The notes under the pieces: generated by a model
What the model saw: only the letters and a program-made list of their open reading frames with translations
Databases searched by the model: none
What the model was told of the DNA's origin: nothing
Program-made: the position numbers and the translations under genes
DNA from: Raillietiella orientalis
Taxonomy: Eukaryota
NCBI GenBank assembly: GCA_036172245.1
Contig: JAYWIR010000010.1
Location: 806,001-870,000, forward strand
Length of the DNA stretch: 64,000 bases
Direction: 5' to 3'
Shown: in pieces, positions 13,131 through 24,731 of the stretch
Numbering within the stretch: the stretch's first letter is position 1
Layout of the letters: the number at the start of each line of letters is the position of its first letter

Positions 13131-16059
13131 GACTGGGGTAGGGGTCGAGGCCTGACTCGGTGCGCCCGAGTAACGTTGAAGTGGACTCCCCGGAAGCCGC
13201 TCGCCCTTATGGGCACGCATCAGTGGCATCTGGTGAGGCAACCTGGTCGCGGCATCCCGATGTCCAAGAAGTGCTGAGGAAACTGCGGATTCCCACGAAG
13301 GAGGCGAAGGCGCGTCCGGAAAGAGGCGGGGAGTTTGGACTGTGGCGGTGCTCCCGGGAACATCAGATGGTGGTTCCGCTTTCTAGCGGCCACGGAAGCT
13401 CTCAAAAAGAAGAGATGAAGAAAGAAGACGGCAGGAGGAGGTGACTGGTGGTGGCTCGCCCACCCTTTGCTTGCTCGCGTCCCGTACTTTGTGCGCCACC
13501 GCATGCGTCAGAGCTCGGCTAGGTGGTCACTTGGGTGGGCACAGTCCGAGTGGAGACGCAGCCCCGGGGGATGCTCGGCTCCTGCTGCTGATCATACGGC
13601 CGGCAGAGAGAGGCCGGCGTGGAAGGTGGGATGCCCGAGATGCTGCATCCAGCAGCACCGACATGCATCTGGTCTGCAGCGGAAGCCACAGCCGATGGGG
13701 GAGAGTGGCTTGCACGTTTTGCATCAGCTACGGATCTACCATTCGCGCCTCCTGCAACCTCACCGCCTATTCCTGCCGTTTCGCGGCGGAAGCTGCCTCT
13801 GATCCCCACAATCAGACAAGCGTCCACCTATGTTTGACATAGGGAAGACGTCGGTCGCAGTTTACTGGGATTCCGTGGAGACCGATCCTCGGGTGCACGG
13901 GACTTCCGGAACGACCTCGAATCATCGCCAGCATTTCCTCTTCGTTGCACAGCACTCCTTCGCTGATCCTGTGGCGGGAGCCGAATGCTTTCCCAGCCGG
14001 CCCCGCCTCAAGGCTGGGCTCCGTAGCAAAAGTCAGCGTGGTGGTCCGACGACTTCGCTCTCCTGGCGGGACTCTTCGCATACACGGGCGGTACAACGCG
14101 GAGGAGCGGAAAGTGGGGAGCAGAACCACAGGTGTTGCGTCACGCGCCACGAGGACGACTCCCTGGGTTCCGTTGGCTCGCGCGCACCTTCTTGCGAGCG
14201 CCGCCGGAGACGCCCAAGGACCAGAGGGGCAGCAGCGAGCACGCCTCCATACCGCTGAGGGTCTCCCTGTTGCTCTGGCTTTTTGTGACATCTTTAGCGT
14301 GGTGTGCCCGCGCCCCACGCTGTCCTACGAGCGCGGGCAGCTTACCGCAAGGGCATCTTCTCTTCCCTGACGCCCTGGTCGCGCTCGATCGACGCGAACA
14401 CCAAGTGTTTTAACCGACGCGCGAGCAGACAGCACGCACCTTTGAGAAGACGACAGTTCGTGCATACTGGAATGCAAAATCTCATGTAACAAGCCGGCCG
14501 TCCATTAATGTAATGCAAACATCGAAGTGCCACATTACAATTACAAAACACAACAACAACAAAAAAAAGTCAGCTTCCCATTTCGTCCTGTCAGGTTGTC
14601 ACGCCGACCTGCCTGGGTATCAACCCTTGCCCGGACACGGACAGTCAGCCTTGCGAACAGCTGACTGAGAGAGACGGCTGCTCTCACGGGGAGCAGCCGA
14701 ACCTGGAAACCACGATTCGTTCATGGATCTGGATTTATTTATTAGTGTTACTATATTTCGTTTTCTCGATTAGGAAGTGTTGGGATCGCGAAGCAAAGAG
14801 GAACAAAGTCAAGGTGGTAGTGTGGAAAAATTCCGCAGTTGAAAGCGGTCGTCTTTCTTTAGAAGGATTTAGAAAAGCTTTGGCTGTTGGGAGTGGTGAA
14901 GGGAAGCGGCGTAGTGGAAGTAGGAGAGTAGTGGAATCCGCACTCCACAAGAAGGGCTGCTCCAAAACTTCCAGCTAAGCCTGGAACGAAGTGATTCCAA
15001 ACAGTCAGATGCTACTCGGGGAAACAAGCACTCGGCGTCGCTTAGCACTTCTCTGGAAGTCGATTTCGATTCTGAACCGAATGCCTTTCCAAGATCACAG
15101 TTTCTTGCCACGTTGCAACCCGGCTCTGCTTATCCCTATCGAAACAGTCGGCACTTTCCAGCCATCAGCAAAACCGTGGTCTCCTCCAGTTTCGTCATGG
15201 CTTTCAAACAGGAGGAACCCGTGACTCCGGGGTGACTTACTGTTGGGTCAGATTTTTTTTTTTTGGAAAGCAGGAGGACTTGAATGGTGCCAGGTGAGCG
15301 CCTTGGAGGCGTCCCGTCGCACATCTGGCTCTGAGGAGGAATGCATCCAGACATTTAGGCGGCGCTCTCCCGGTGTTTGGGGGGGGAAGGGATCGCCTTG
15401 TTGGCCGTCATGCCGCCTGCGCTGACGTCACGCCGCGAAGCCAGACTCGTGGCTGTGGGCTTCTCCGTCGCCGTCGCCCATCCCGGAGAATCGCGGCCTC
15501 CCTCCCTTCGGGACCTCCCTCTCTCCCCGAGGAGGATGGCATTCCCACTCTGTGGCCAGCCGCTCCGCTTTCCAAGACTCCCGGCTACAGCTGCGGACGA
15601 GCGCTTTCCTGGAAGAAATAGGGGGGGGGGAAGGGGGGGAACACATAAAGAGCGAGCGTGACACCGTTCAAGAATCTCCGAAGTGACTCTCCGAAAAGCA
15701 TCCAGCCGACCTTTCTGGTTGGAAATGGTGGGAGTCCACAACAACAGGGGGAAGGTGCGCTCAAAACGCGAGTTGATTTCCTGGAGGGAGCTGCGCCGAT
15801 CCCAAGCACTCGGGTGCAGGAAGTGTGACTGTCGTTCTGCTCACCTTGCGTCAAAAAGCCTTCCAAGGGGACCACGCACGAGGCTGCTGCTGCCCAGCGT
15901 TCGGAGAGACCGAGATGCACCTCTTTGAAAAAAGAAAAACAAAGATGAAAGAACCAACTCGAAATCGCGACGAGACCTCGATTCATCTCTTCCTCTTGGA
16001 AGACGATGCCCATCGTTCCGCTTCGGTTTCGCCACCCCTCGGTGAATCGGAAGGCGTCG

Positions 16060-16260
16060 ACGAGAAAAAGAGAAAATCAAACAGGCTGCGAGAGCGACGT
16101 GGTCACCTATCCAGGGGCGCTGCTCCCGGACTCCATCTTTCCAGGAGGAGCACGCAGCAAATCCTTCTGCCACGTTTCCAGCGGACGACCGGAACGCCAA
16201 GCTGCCTCTTCCGACTCGGGGCCGACCCGGTCGCTTGGCACAGCGGGGCCGCTGGTTCCT
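16060..16260 (-). mobile_element. Possible RTE-like LINE C-terminal remnant
   Basis: WRSGRPLETWQKDL resembles the GRP..TW..D motif at RTE ORF ends; short match only. Confidence 0.3.
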
Positions 16261-16546
16261 CGCGCCGCGGGTGGCAAGGCCGGAGGGTGAGGTGGGGGGA
16301 GGCGCAGCATCGCGTCGTCGTCCGTAGGAACAGGGAAAAGCAACCGAGCTTCCGGGCGTTTTTGGCGGGAGTTCGCGTCCTTCCGATGAAGAGTGGAATG
16401 CGGGTTGCCACGCTGCGGTCGAGCTGCTCCGCGGCCGCCTCCGCGCGCGTGTGGCTCGCGTGCTGCCGCGCTCCCGCACGCGAAACCCGGTGGCGACGCG
16501 ACAGGGAAGATTTTCTGGAGGAAAGTCGGCGGACATCTGCGTGCTG

Positions 16547-16860
16547 GTCAACAACAGTCACGGTGGCAGGAATGACAGCAATGATGACACTGAATAATAG
16601 CAATGGTGGCAGTAACCGCAGTCTCAGTGACAGTGGCAAAATAATAGCGATGGTTTCAATAAATAGAACAGTAGTAATTGCAGTAATGACGATCCTACCA
16701 AAGTGGTAGATAATAATGGGAATAGTATTGGTGGCAATAACAGCGCCAGCAACAAAAATGCTAGTGATAGTCCTAATAACAGCAGCAATCCCAACTGATA
16801 ATAACGATAAGGCTACTGATAATGGTTTCGACTAATGGTGGCGGAAATAGCAACGATGAC
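16547..16860 (+). repeat. Degenerate trinucleotide (AAT/AGT/AGC/GAT-type) low-complexity tract
   Basis: Visible 3-nt periodicity, e.g. aataatagcaatggtggcagtaac, gataataacgataag. Confidence 0.85.
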
Positions 16861-17554
16861 GTTTGCGCTTTGGGCTTCGCACGGTCCATCTGTTCTCATG
16901 GAGCTGTCCACCCCGAAGATCACGTCTTCCCGAAGAGGCTAGCTGGCAGCTTCGAGGTCGCGTGCTCGTTGCATTTCCAGCGTCTGGATGGATCAAAATG
17001 GCGCCTACCGTTCACCTGTCGCTTCGCCTTCTTGGCGGCTCCGTCGAAGCGTCTGGTTCAGGACGTGAGGCAGCGTGCTCTCTGGGAGGCGTCGGCAGGT
17101 GACCGCAAAGCACTCTTTCGCCGCGCGTCCTCCCTCACTCCGCCGTCTAGGGAGCAGGCAGTGGACCTCGGGGCTCGGAGGGACGGGTCTCTCGGAGAAT
17201 GCACGCACGCTAGGAGGGGAAGAGCAAAGTGGGCAATGGTGCTGCCGGGATGGCCAGAGTGACACGGAAGAAGCGCTTCTCCCATCGTAGCGAGGTTCGG
17301 CGCCATCCTCTTGCGTGCTCATCCTGCGACGGCCACTCGCTCCAGGAAACTGTCGTTCGTCCCACAGGGAGAGCGTGGGCAGAGCAAACCACTCTTCCTC
17401 CGCACGGCCCTGCCGACGATTCGGCCCCCATGGAGGAGGAAGAAGAGGTTCGCGACGCACCCCTTCCTCCTAGCGTCCCGCCCGACCAGGTGGTGGGAGC
17501 CTCATTGCCATATCCCAGGATTAGCACCTGCGCTCGCCTGTCGCCGTCGGATCC

Positions 17555-17748
17555 GCGTAGCCTGCTGGAGCGTCAACGGGCTGCGCGACGACGGCAACAG
17601 ACGGGATACGGCCGACACTCTGCGTGACTTCGACCTGGAGCTCCTGCAGGAGATCCACGTGATCACCGCGGAGAACGCCCAGGAGATGGAGAGGATCGCA
17701 GGGGGTTGGTTGTTTCTCACCCGAGTGCGCCGGGGTGTTTATTTCTAG
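17555..17748 (+). mobile_element. LINE APE endonuclease N-terminal fragment
   Basis: IRVACWSVNGLRDDGNRRDTADTLRDFDLELLQEIH matches the APE consensus start (I.TWNVNGL..KR......D...LQETH). Confidence 0.7.
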
Positions 17749-17799
17749 ACTATCCAGGAACAGAGTTCCTGGACAAAGGACACAGAAGAAACGAAGGGG

Positions 17800-18860
17800 G
17801 AGATCCCCGACACGCAGGTCGGTAAACCGAAAGTCCGGAACGCGAGGGAGGGGACCACAAATACACATATAAAAAATAGAAATAAAGATATGGGGAGGGT
17901 AGGGGAAAGGGGTCTTTGGTTTGGCCGTTCCTTTCTTTCCGATCACCGGCTATGGATGCCGGTGATCTCGCTCCTAACGCCCTCTGGAAGATGGGCCCAC
18001 TCGGCAGCCGACGCCATGTTCACGCCGGCTATTCCGGTGGCCTGACGACGAATCGCCAGCTTCTCCAGCTCTCGGTGGGTCTCAGCGATGGCACGGGTGC
18101 AAGAGACCGTTGCGATGACAGGTGGCCAGGCGTGAGGAAGCGGCGCATCAAGTCTGCTGCGATGTCCCCCTGGTGCAGGAGAGCTGAGGCCAGTCTCCGC
18201 CACAGCCCTTGGAGAGCACCGCAGCCCAAGAGGAGGTGCGGGAGCGTTTCCACTTTCCCGCACCGCTTACAGTTCGGGGAGACGACTCCCCCGGAAACAC
18301 GGTTCGTCCACTGGTTTGTGTGAAAACCCCAATGCACCAGCATGATGACGTCCTGTTTCCATGTTAAAGGGAACACGGAAGTGTTCAAACAGGAGGGAGG
18401 GACCACAAGTTCTTCGGGGGGCACACTCAAGTGTTCACTCCACCGAAGGAGTCCCTTCGGGATGTGGCGAGGCGTGGCGGCGTCTGCCAGCTCGCAAGTC
18501 CTCCAGCCGCTTATGGGTCGGGTTGTTCCTGCGATGGTGCAGGCGACCTCCCATCTCGCCGTTTGGCAGCTGTCATCTCTTGCCCTGAGGGCTGACAGTG
18601 CGTCTGGGAGGGGCGTGACGGCCAGGCGAGTCCACTTCTCCTGGCTGTTCCAGACCTCATCCACCGTGCAGTACGGGGAGAGGTGAGCGCAACGGAGTTC
18701 CAGGAGGAAGACATCCTGGTGCCTTGCCCAGCCATGCAACGGTTCCTGCCGCCAGCCTTCAAAGTTCGTTGGGCGGCAGGAGATCCATTCCTGGGCTGCC
18801 AGGAGCCGGTAGAGCGGTTTCAACGGGAAACCGAAGCTTCTCGTGGCGCGCTCGTTATGC
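17800..18860 (-). mobile_element. L1/Tx1-like LINE ORF2 3' fragment (copy 3)
   Basis: Within ORF 18029-19276: DAATPRHIPKGLLRWSE..WKQDV..LVHW..CKRCGKVETLPHLLLGCGALQGLWRRL, the C-x2-C..H..C zinc motif typical of L1/Tx1 ORF2 C-termini. Confidence 0.8.
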
Positions 18861-18899
18861 GGCCGGAGCGACAGAAGTCCATCGCTGCCAGTGCAGCGC

Positions 18900-19800
18900 C
18901 GCAGGAGCAGGCGCGCGGGAGCGCACCACGGAGTGGACCAAAGGTTGGCGCACGGGGCCAACATTCGAAGCTGCACCTGCAGCTGGATTCTCTCCAGCGT
19001 CAGGATGCCCAAGCCGGCATCCCGATGCGGTCTGTTGTATTGGCAATACGGCGCTCGCAACACCCGTGACGTCGCGTTTTTTGTGAAGCCAGCAGTGGAC
19101 GGCGTACTTTTCGACAAGGACAGTCGGCTTGGCCAGCTGATCCTCAGGTGGTCCGACTCGACTGACCTTGTCGTGATAAATGTGTACGCTCCGAGCGGAG
19201 GATGCGGGTACGGGGAACGTTCCCGGTTCCCCGAAACCCTGAAGCGCGACTGGCTGGCTGATACAAACGTACGCAAGGCACATCTGAACTCTGGGGAGGG
19301 TGAACCCAGACTGTTGCAGGTGCGGGGAACGAGAGACCCTCCCGCACCTGTTCGTGGACTACGTTGCCCGACGGGCCCTGTGAGAACGCTTCTCCAGGAC
19401 CCAAGGAACCCCTGACGGCAACCTCAGAAGCGTTTTGAGACGTCTCTTCGTACGGGACGCTCTACCGCCAGCCTCAGTCCCAGAAGCTCTCTGCTGCCTA
19501 CGCGGGATCATGGCAGCCTGGGGCGCCATCGAGAGAGGCGACAATGACGGGCGTCTTGCGGTCCGCTTCTTGAGGATGGCGACGAGACGGCCCCTTCTGG
19601 GTGGGGAGCACGCAGTCCAAACATGCCCGCTACATCCTTGGATGGATACAGGGGACTCCCTCAAAGCAGATGGGAGATCCCTTCTCCCCAAAGTTTCTTC
19701 ATTTTTATTTAATTTTCTTTATTTAATTTATTCCCTTCGTTCGCTTTCCTCCCCTCTGCTGTCCTCGCCGGCGAAGTGCGTGCCGGCATGCAGCTCACCG
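18900..19800 (+). mobile_element. L1/Tx1-like LINE with endonuclease joined directly to the C-terminal zinc region (copy 4)
   Basis: RDVAFFVK..GQLILRW..VVINVYAPS (endonuclease), then from ~19310 CCRCGERETLPHLF..ALCCLRGIMAAW..VRFLRMATR and a T-rich tract at ~19700; no RT between them. Confidence 0.75.
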
Positions 19801-21454
19801 AGTGCTTCGGTCAGTGGACGAGGTAGGAGTGACAGCCCTACTTCAAAGCCTTCACGTGTGAATCGATTACAAGAAACGGCCCGACGAGAAAGAGGCAGAC
19901 GGAACATCAGCCGGAAGGAGGCAGGAAAGGGCAGGCAGTGGATGCAGCAGCCGACCTGACCGGAAAGCAGAGGCAGCAGCAGTAGCGACAAGGAAAAGGG
20001 ATGCAGCAAAAGCGCGCCACGCACGCTTCCCTGGGTGGGATATTCGGTGAAGGAGTATGGCCGCTCAATCGAAGGTGCAAGAAAAGCGGAAAGGCGAAAA
20101 CGAAGGTCGGGTCACTTTGCCGACGGCATCTATCGTTCGATGGACCACCCTTACGTGGGTGAGGACGGTGTTCCTGACATTACGCTGACTGGAATCTCCG
20201 CGGCCCTTTTGCCCGTTATGGAAGGGGCGGGGGAAATGGGGGAAAGGGAGGAAAAAAAAGCAAAAAAAGTTGAGCAGTTGGTAAATCAGAGACAGCAAAA
20301 GCGGGCTGTCGAGGACTGGAGCTGATGCCTTCCGCCACGGCGTTGCAGAAGAGAGCGAACGTCCATGGACCACGGAGAGCGGGAAAGCCCCGCTGCTGGT
20401 TCCCTCTGGAGCCCAGATGACGGCAGAGCGTGCCCCACCTTAGTCCGATGGCCTGTGGTCGGGGAGACTCGGGGTAGAAGCCGTCACGACCTCCCGGTTC
20501 CTGGTCAGCCTTCGGAGAGAGAGAGGGATCCCCGCCTCTTCAAAGCGACATCGTTGTGACAACCGCCCCTCTCTCCTGCAGCTTCAATGTAGAAGGAAGC
20601 TGCGCGTCTGTCTGCCTTTCCGAAACCGCCGCTGGGCTCCCGAGGCGGCCGGCCAGCCAGCCCTCCGCGCGGCTGGAGTCGAAAGCCGAACGCGCCCGCG
20701 TTGCCTGGGAGCTCAGCTTCCGCGGCGGCAACCTGTTGCTCCCAGGTCGGCAGTCCAAACCCCGGGGAGGTGCTTATGCCCTCTGCATTTTCAGGAGATC
20801 CTTGATCGCCGGACGCCGGCACGCGGGGAAAAGCAGCCCTCCGCGAAGGGGAGTGCTCCCTCATGACCTCCTTCCGGTCTCGGCAGGAGGAGACGCCTGC
20901 CCGGTGGCTCACCCAATCTTTCCTCCTTGGTGAGGATGGGAGGGTTCTTCTGAGGGCAAGCAACGCCTCCGGGGGGTTCGCTTCCCGTTTCGAGAGGAAG
21001 ATGGGGAAGATGCTCCCGGTGCTGCCGCCTCCCTGGTGGAAGACCCCTGAGCGCCAGAGGCAGCATCCTCGCGAAGTTCGGAACGACCCGTTCGGGACTC
21101 TGGGGCCGAGGACCAGCGCTCGGAAGACACAACGGGGCTGCGCGCCGTCTGAAAATGCGCTTCTCCCTCCCTCCCCCTCCGAAACAGCTTCGGATGGACC
21201 CGCCTCCCAGGAGTGAGGGCTCCCCGTGGAGTGCTGCTCTGCGCCGAGCAGGAGGATCTTCGGGAATCCCAGAGACTCTCGGTGGGGAGCCGCGTGCCTC
21301 TTCTTCGAGTGGACTTTCGGATGCCTTTTCGGATTATCTTACACCGGGTTCCCTTCCGGGATGCGACTCGCTCTCCCGTGGAAGAACTTGGGCGGAAGGA
21401 AGTGCTCTTCGTCAGGATGAGCCGATGCGGCAACTGCGAGTTGCGACTGCTGGT

Positions 21455-21565
21455 TCCTACCCCCTTCTCCTTCCTCCTCCTTCTCCTCCTTCTCTCCCCT
21501 TCTTCCCTTTCTGCTCATCCTCATCCCTCCCTCGCTACCTCCTCCTCCTTCCCCTCTCCCCGTTC
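21455..21565 (+). repeat. Polypyrimidine (CCT/CTT) tract
   Basis: Directly visible. Confidence 0.85.
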
Positions 21566-21673
21566 TCCGGGCGACACTCCCGGCAAAGCTCTTCCAGGCT
21601 CGCGTTTCCATAGCACGCTACTTGGATGCGTCGGGAGGATTCCTGCGGGGAAAGAGGAAGCGTGTAATTACGG

Positions 21674-21735
21674 CGCGCCGCAGCCACGTACGCCGCCGCT
21701 GGGAGCGCCGGCCAGCGGCGGATACGTGCGGCGCG
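21674..21735. other. GC-rich imperfect inverted repeat (hairpin)
   Basis: Arms cgcgccg/cggcgcg, cacgta/tacgtg and ccgccgctgg/ccagcggcgg around a 9-nt loop. Confidence 0.7.
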
Positions 21736-23004
21736 GCGGCGGGAGCAGATTAAATTAAATGACGGGTTTCCCGAGCACGGAAGCCGTCATCCCGCAGGAG
21801 GCGGGAAGCGCGGCAGGGGCGGCCTCGTTCCGCGAAGGCGGGAAAGGAGCGCACGGACCCCGGCGAAGGGAGGCGGGACTTTTCGTCACGTTAGGCCCGG
21901 GAGCGTTTCTCAAGCCAATTTGTCCACTCGAAGCGGAGGGCGGGGAGCCGCCTCACGGTGAAGACCCGGGCCCACCTGCTCGAGGGCGGGTTCGCGAGAA
22001 GCTCGTTCGTCCGGAAAAGCCGCCCTCCCCCTCCTCTTCACCTGGAGGAGAGACGCAATTCTGGAAGGCAGCGCGGGAGGAGGCGAGGTGGAGCGATAAA
22101 GCTCGTGCAATCCGGGAGACAGGGCTAGGGGCTGCTTCTCCCGATTCCCTCCTCTCGAAGGGGGACGAGGATGCAGGAACAGCAGCATTCCCTCCGCTCG
22201 TGGGCAGGAAGAGACGCATTGCCCCTGACGAGCGAGGGCTGCTGACTTCTTCGCTCCCGACGAGCGGAGGCGGAAGTGAAACAGGGGCAGGGGCGGAAGG
22301 GCCTCGGCGGCAGCAGTGCTGCAGGGCACTCTAAAAGTGGAGGGCGGGTGTTCCCCTCCTTCGGAAGGCGCGCGCTTCCTTGAAGCACGGGAGGCAGCGG
22401 AGGGAGGAACGCCGTCCGCCCTGGCGGACGGTGGAAGTGGCCGCGCCACCGTGCGCCAGCCGCCCTTGGTGGCGTGGGAGTCAAGAAACCGCCTGCTTCC
22501 CGCAGCGATGGCTCGACCTCGGAGCAAACAAAGACGAGGTTCGCCCGCAGAGGGCGGGCGGGCCGGAGGAGTTTCCGACGACGTTGCTCGAGGGGCGGAG
22601 GGGTACGAGGAGGGCGGTTCCAGCGCGGTTCCAACGGCCGGCAACGAGCCGCTCCCTTCCGCTTTTCTTGCTGCCCGTGGGTTGCACCGATCGGCACCGG
22701 GATGCATTCGGATGGCGGGGTCCCCATCCATTGTTGCCGATTCCCCGTCCTTCGTTTTCCCGGTTCTCTCCACGTGGGCTCGTCAGGGTTCTCTCCCTCC
22801 AAAGGCATCGGAGTGTATCGACAGCCCCTCCACGTGGGTGCAGTCGCGCAGCTCCCCTGCGTGACTGCCCCCAGTGCACGCGAGGCGGAGGGACCACTCC
22901 CGACTCCGTGTCGGTCAGTGGGACACCAGAAGGCATCCGGATGCCAGAGTTCGGGGACAGCGCGCTCGGGGTACCGCCTCACCTGGTTGTTGGAGCACCT
23001 GCGG

Positions 23005-23122
23005 GGGGGAGGGCGTGCGCAGAGACCCCTCCCACCTTCCCACCTCCCCTGAGCACGGGCGGGAGGCCCAGCCGCCCCCCGAGGGTGAACCTCCTGCCTG
23101 AAAACGGAGGTCGTCAGACGGA
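23005..23122 (-). repeat. Dispersed repeat A, copy 2 (inverted)
   Basis: Reverse complement matches 13010-13130 (both translate as SDDLRFQAGGSP..ASR.C.G..GRW.GS). Confidence 0.85.
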
Positions 23123-24551
23123 TGGCTTCCCACCGCTGCCCAAGGCGGGGCGGGACCTTCCCTCTGCCCGGGACATTCCTTCAGTGGGGTGCGCCAACGT
23201 CGGCTTGCGCCAGGCGCTCCTGGGCCACTGCAGCTTATTTTCTTTCTTGCTTGGACGTCAGACGAGGCGTCCGCGAATGGGAGCGTTTCGCCCGAGGCAG
23301 CGCGGTCTTCCCGGACTCGTCCTCTGCGCGAGTTCCCTCCCGCTTTGCTCTTTGCCAGCTTTTTCCAAACGACGAGGAACTTCCGGTCGTATCCGCAGCG
23401 CGTCTGCGAGCTCGTTGCAGATCTTCCGCGGTCGCGCGGCGCCAGTTTCCACGATCTGCTGGCGCGAGCGCGCGCGCGGCAAACAGGGAAGCGGCCACAC
23501 GGGCAGGGTGAAGACTGCGGAAGATCTCCGGTCGGGAACGGGATCGTCCCAGCCGCAGTGGCGGACCGTCGCCACGAACCCTCCTCCCTTCTCCTGGTGC
23601 TCTGCGGCTCGATGGACCCCACTGCGTGCTCGAGGCGGTAAAATCATCCCGTGCACAGACTGACTGTTTCGTCTTCCTCTGCGCCAGGCGGGCAGCACTC
23701 GACCGACCCTCGTTCCCGGTCAATTCCTCGGGGAACAATCCGTGCCGAGTTCCGGCCGAGCAAATCCGATCCCTCACTAAGAATGGGGGGATGAAGGCAA
23801 AGGCGCATCTTGAACAACAAGTCCTTGGCGAGGTGGGACCAGCGACCAAAAAAAAGGGAGATGCTGATCAGTTGTAAGAAGCTCCGAGAGAGCTCTAAGG
23901 CAGCTTCCGCATGGAAGGGACGGGGAGTGAGGGTTATCACGGGAAGGGAGCTCTGCTCTTTGCGCGGTGTTGCTGCAGGACTTCGTTTTGCCCGCGGCAC
24001 TCTCAGAGCCCGGTCCGCGGCGCAGGAAGAAGGCAGACAAAGCGGAAAGATGCAGCACCAGAAGAAATTCGATACCAGTTCGAACCAGGGGTAGGGTTTC
24101 GGGCCATATCATTGTAGGGGACTCCGTTCCTCGTCAATTGTGGCGCTCGCGTCGGCGGAACTGGGATTTTTTGAATTGGGGAGACCCAAGCTTTCCCTCC
24201 CCTCTCACCGAGGAGAAGCGGCCGTGTACTGAGGGATTGGCCACTCGCCAGGTCGAAACTTTCCATGCTGCTCGTCCCAAATGTGGACTTTTTTTTCCCT
24301 TTTCTCGCAGCTGGATAGCCACCTTGTGGTCCTTGCCTCCAGGAGCTTCAGCTGGCGAAGACTACCAACTCGTGTAGTACAAGGGTCACTTAAGACACGC
24401 TGGTCAAAGTCTGCCTTTTCGGAAATTCGTGTTTTTAGGTGTAGAAGGTGCCAGTTATGGTTGTTTCTGGTACTCTTCGTGTCTCTTACAGAGTCGGAAG
24501 CTGACGCCTCTTAGCAACCCGACTGACACCTAGCAGCAGGGAGAGAAAAAA

Positions 24552-24731
24552 TACTTTTCCCTCGGGAAGGACCAAGGTGGTCCTGGCAACCGGCTGGTGC
24601 TGAAGGATGGTTGGGCATTCCACAGAGACCTGGATGACCCTAGTAAAGGGAAGAGAAAGCCTACTTTTCCCTCAGGGATGACCAGGGTAGGCCTGGCAAC
24701 TGGCTGTTCGTGAAGAATGGTTGGGCGTTCC
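24552..24731 (+). repeat. Two 70-bp direct repeats, period 110 bp
   Basis: tacttttccctc..gacca..gt..cctggcaac.ggctg..tgaag.atggttgggc.ttcc at 24552-24621 and 24662-24731. Confidence 0.9.

Noticed and set aside
22125..23849. Long overlapping ORFs (up to 427 aa) on both strands
   Set aside because: Arg/Pro/Gly/Ala-rich, open in several frames; explained by high GC.
24552..24731. CRISPR-like repeat-spacer pattern
   Set aside because: Only two 70-bp diverged units, eukaryotic context, no cas genes.
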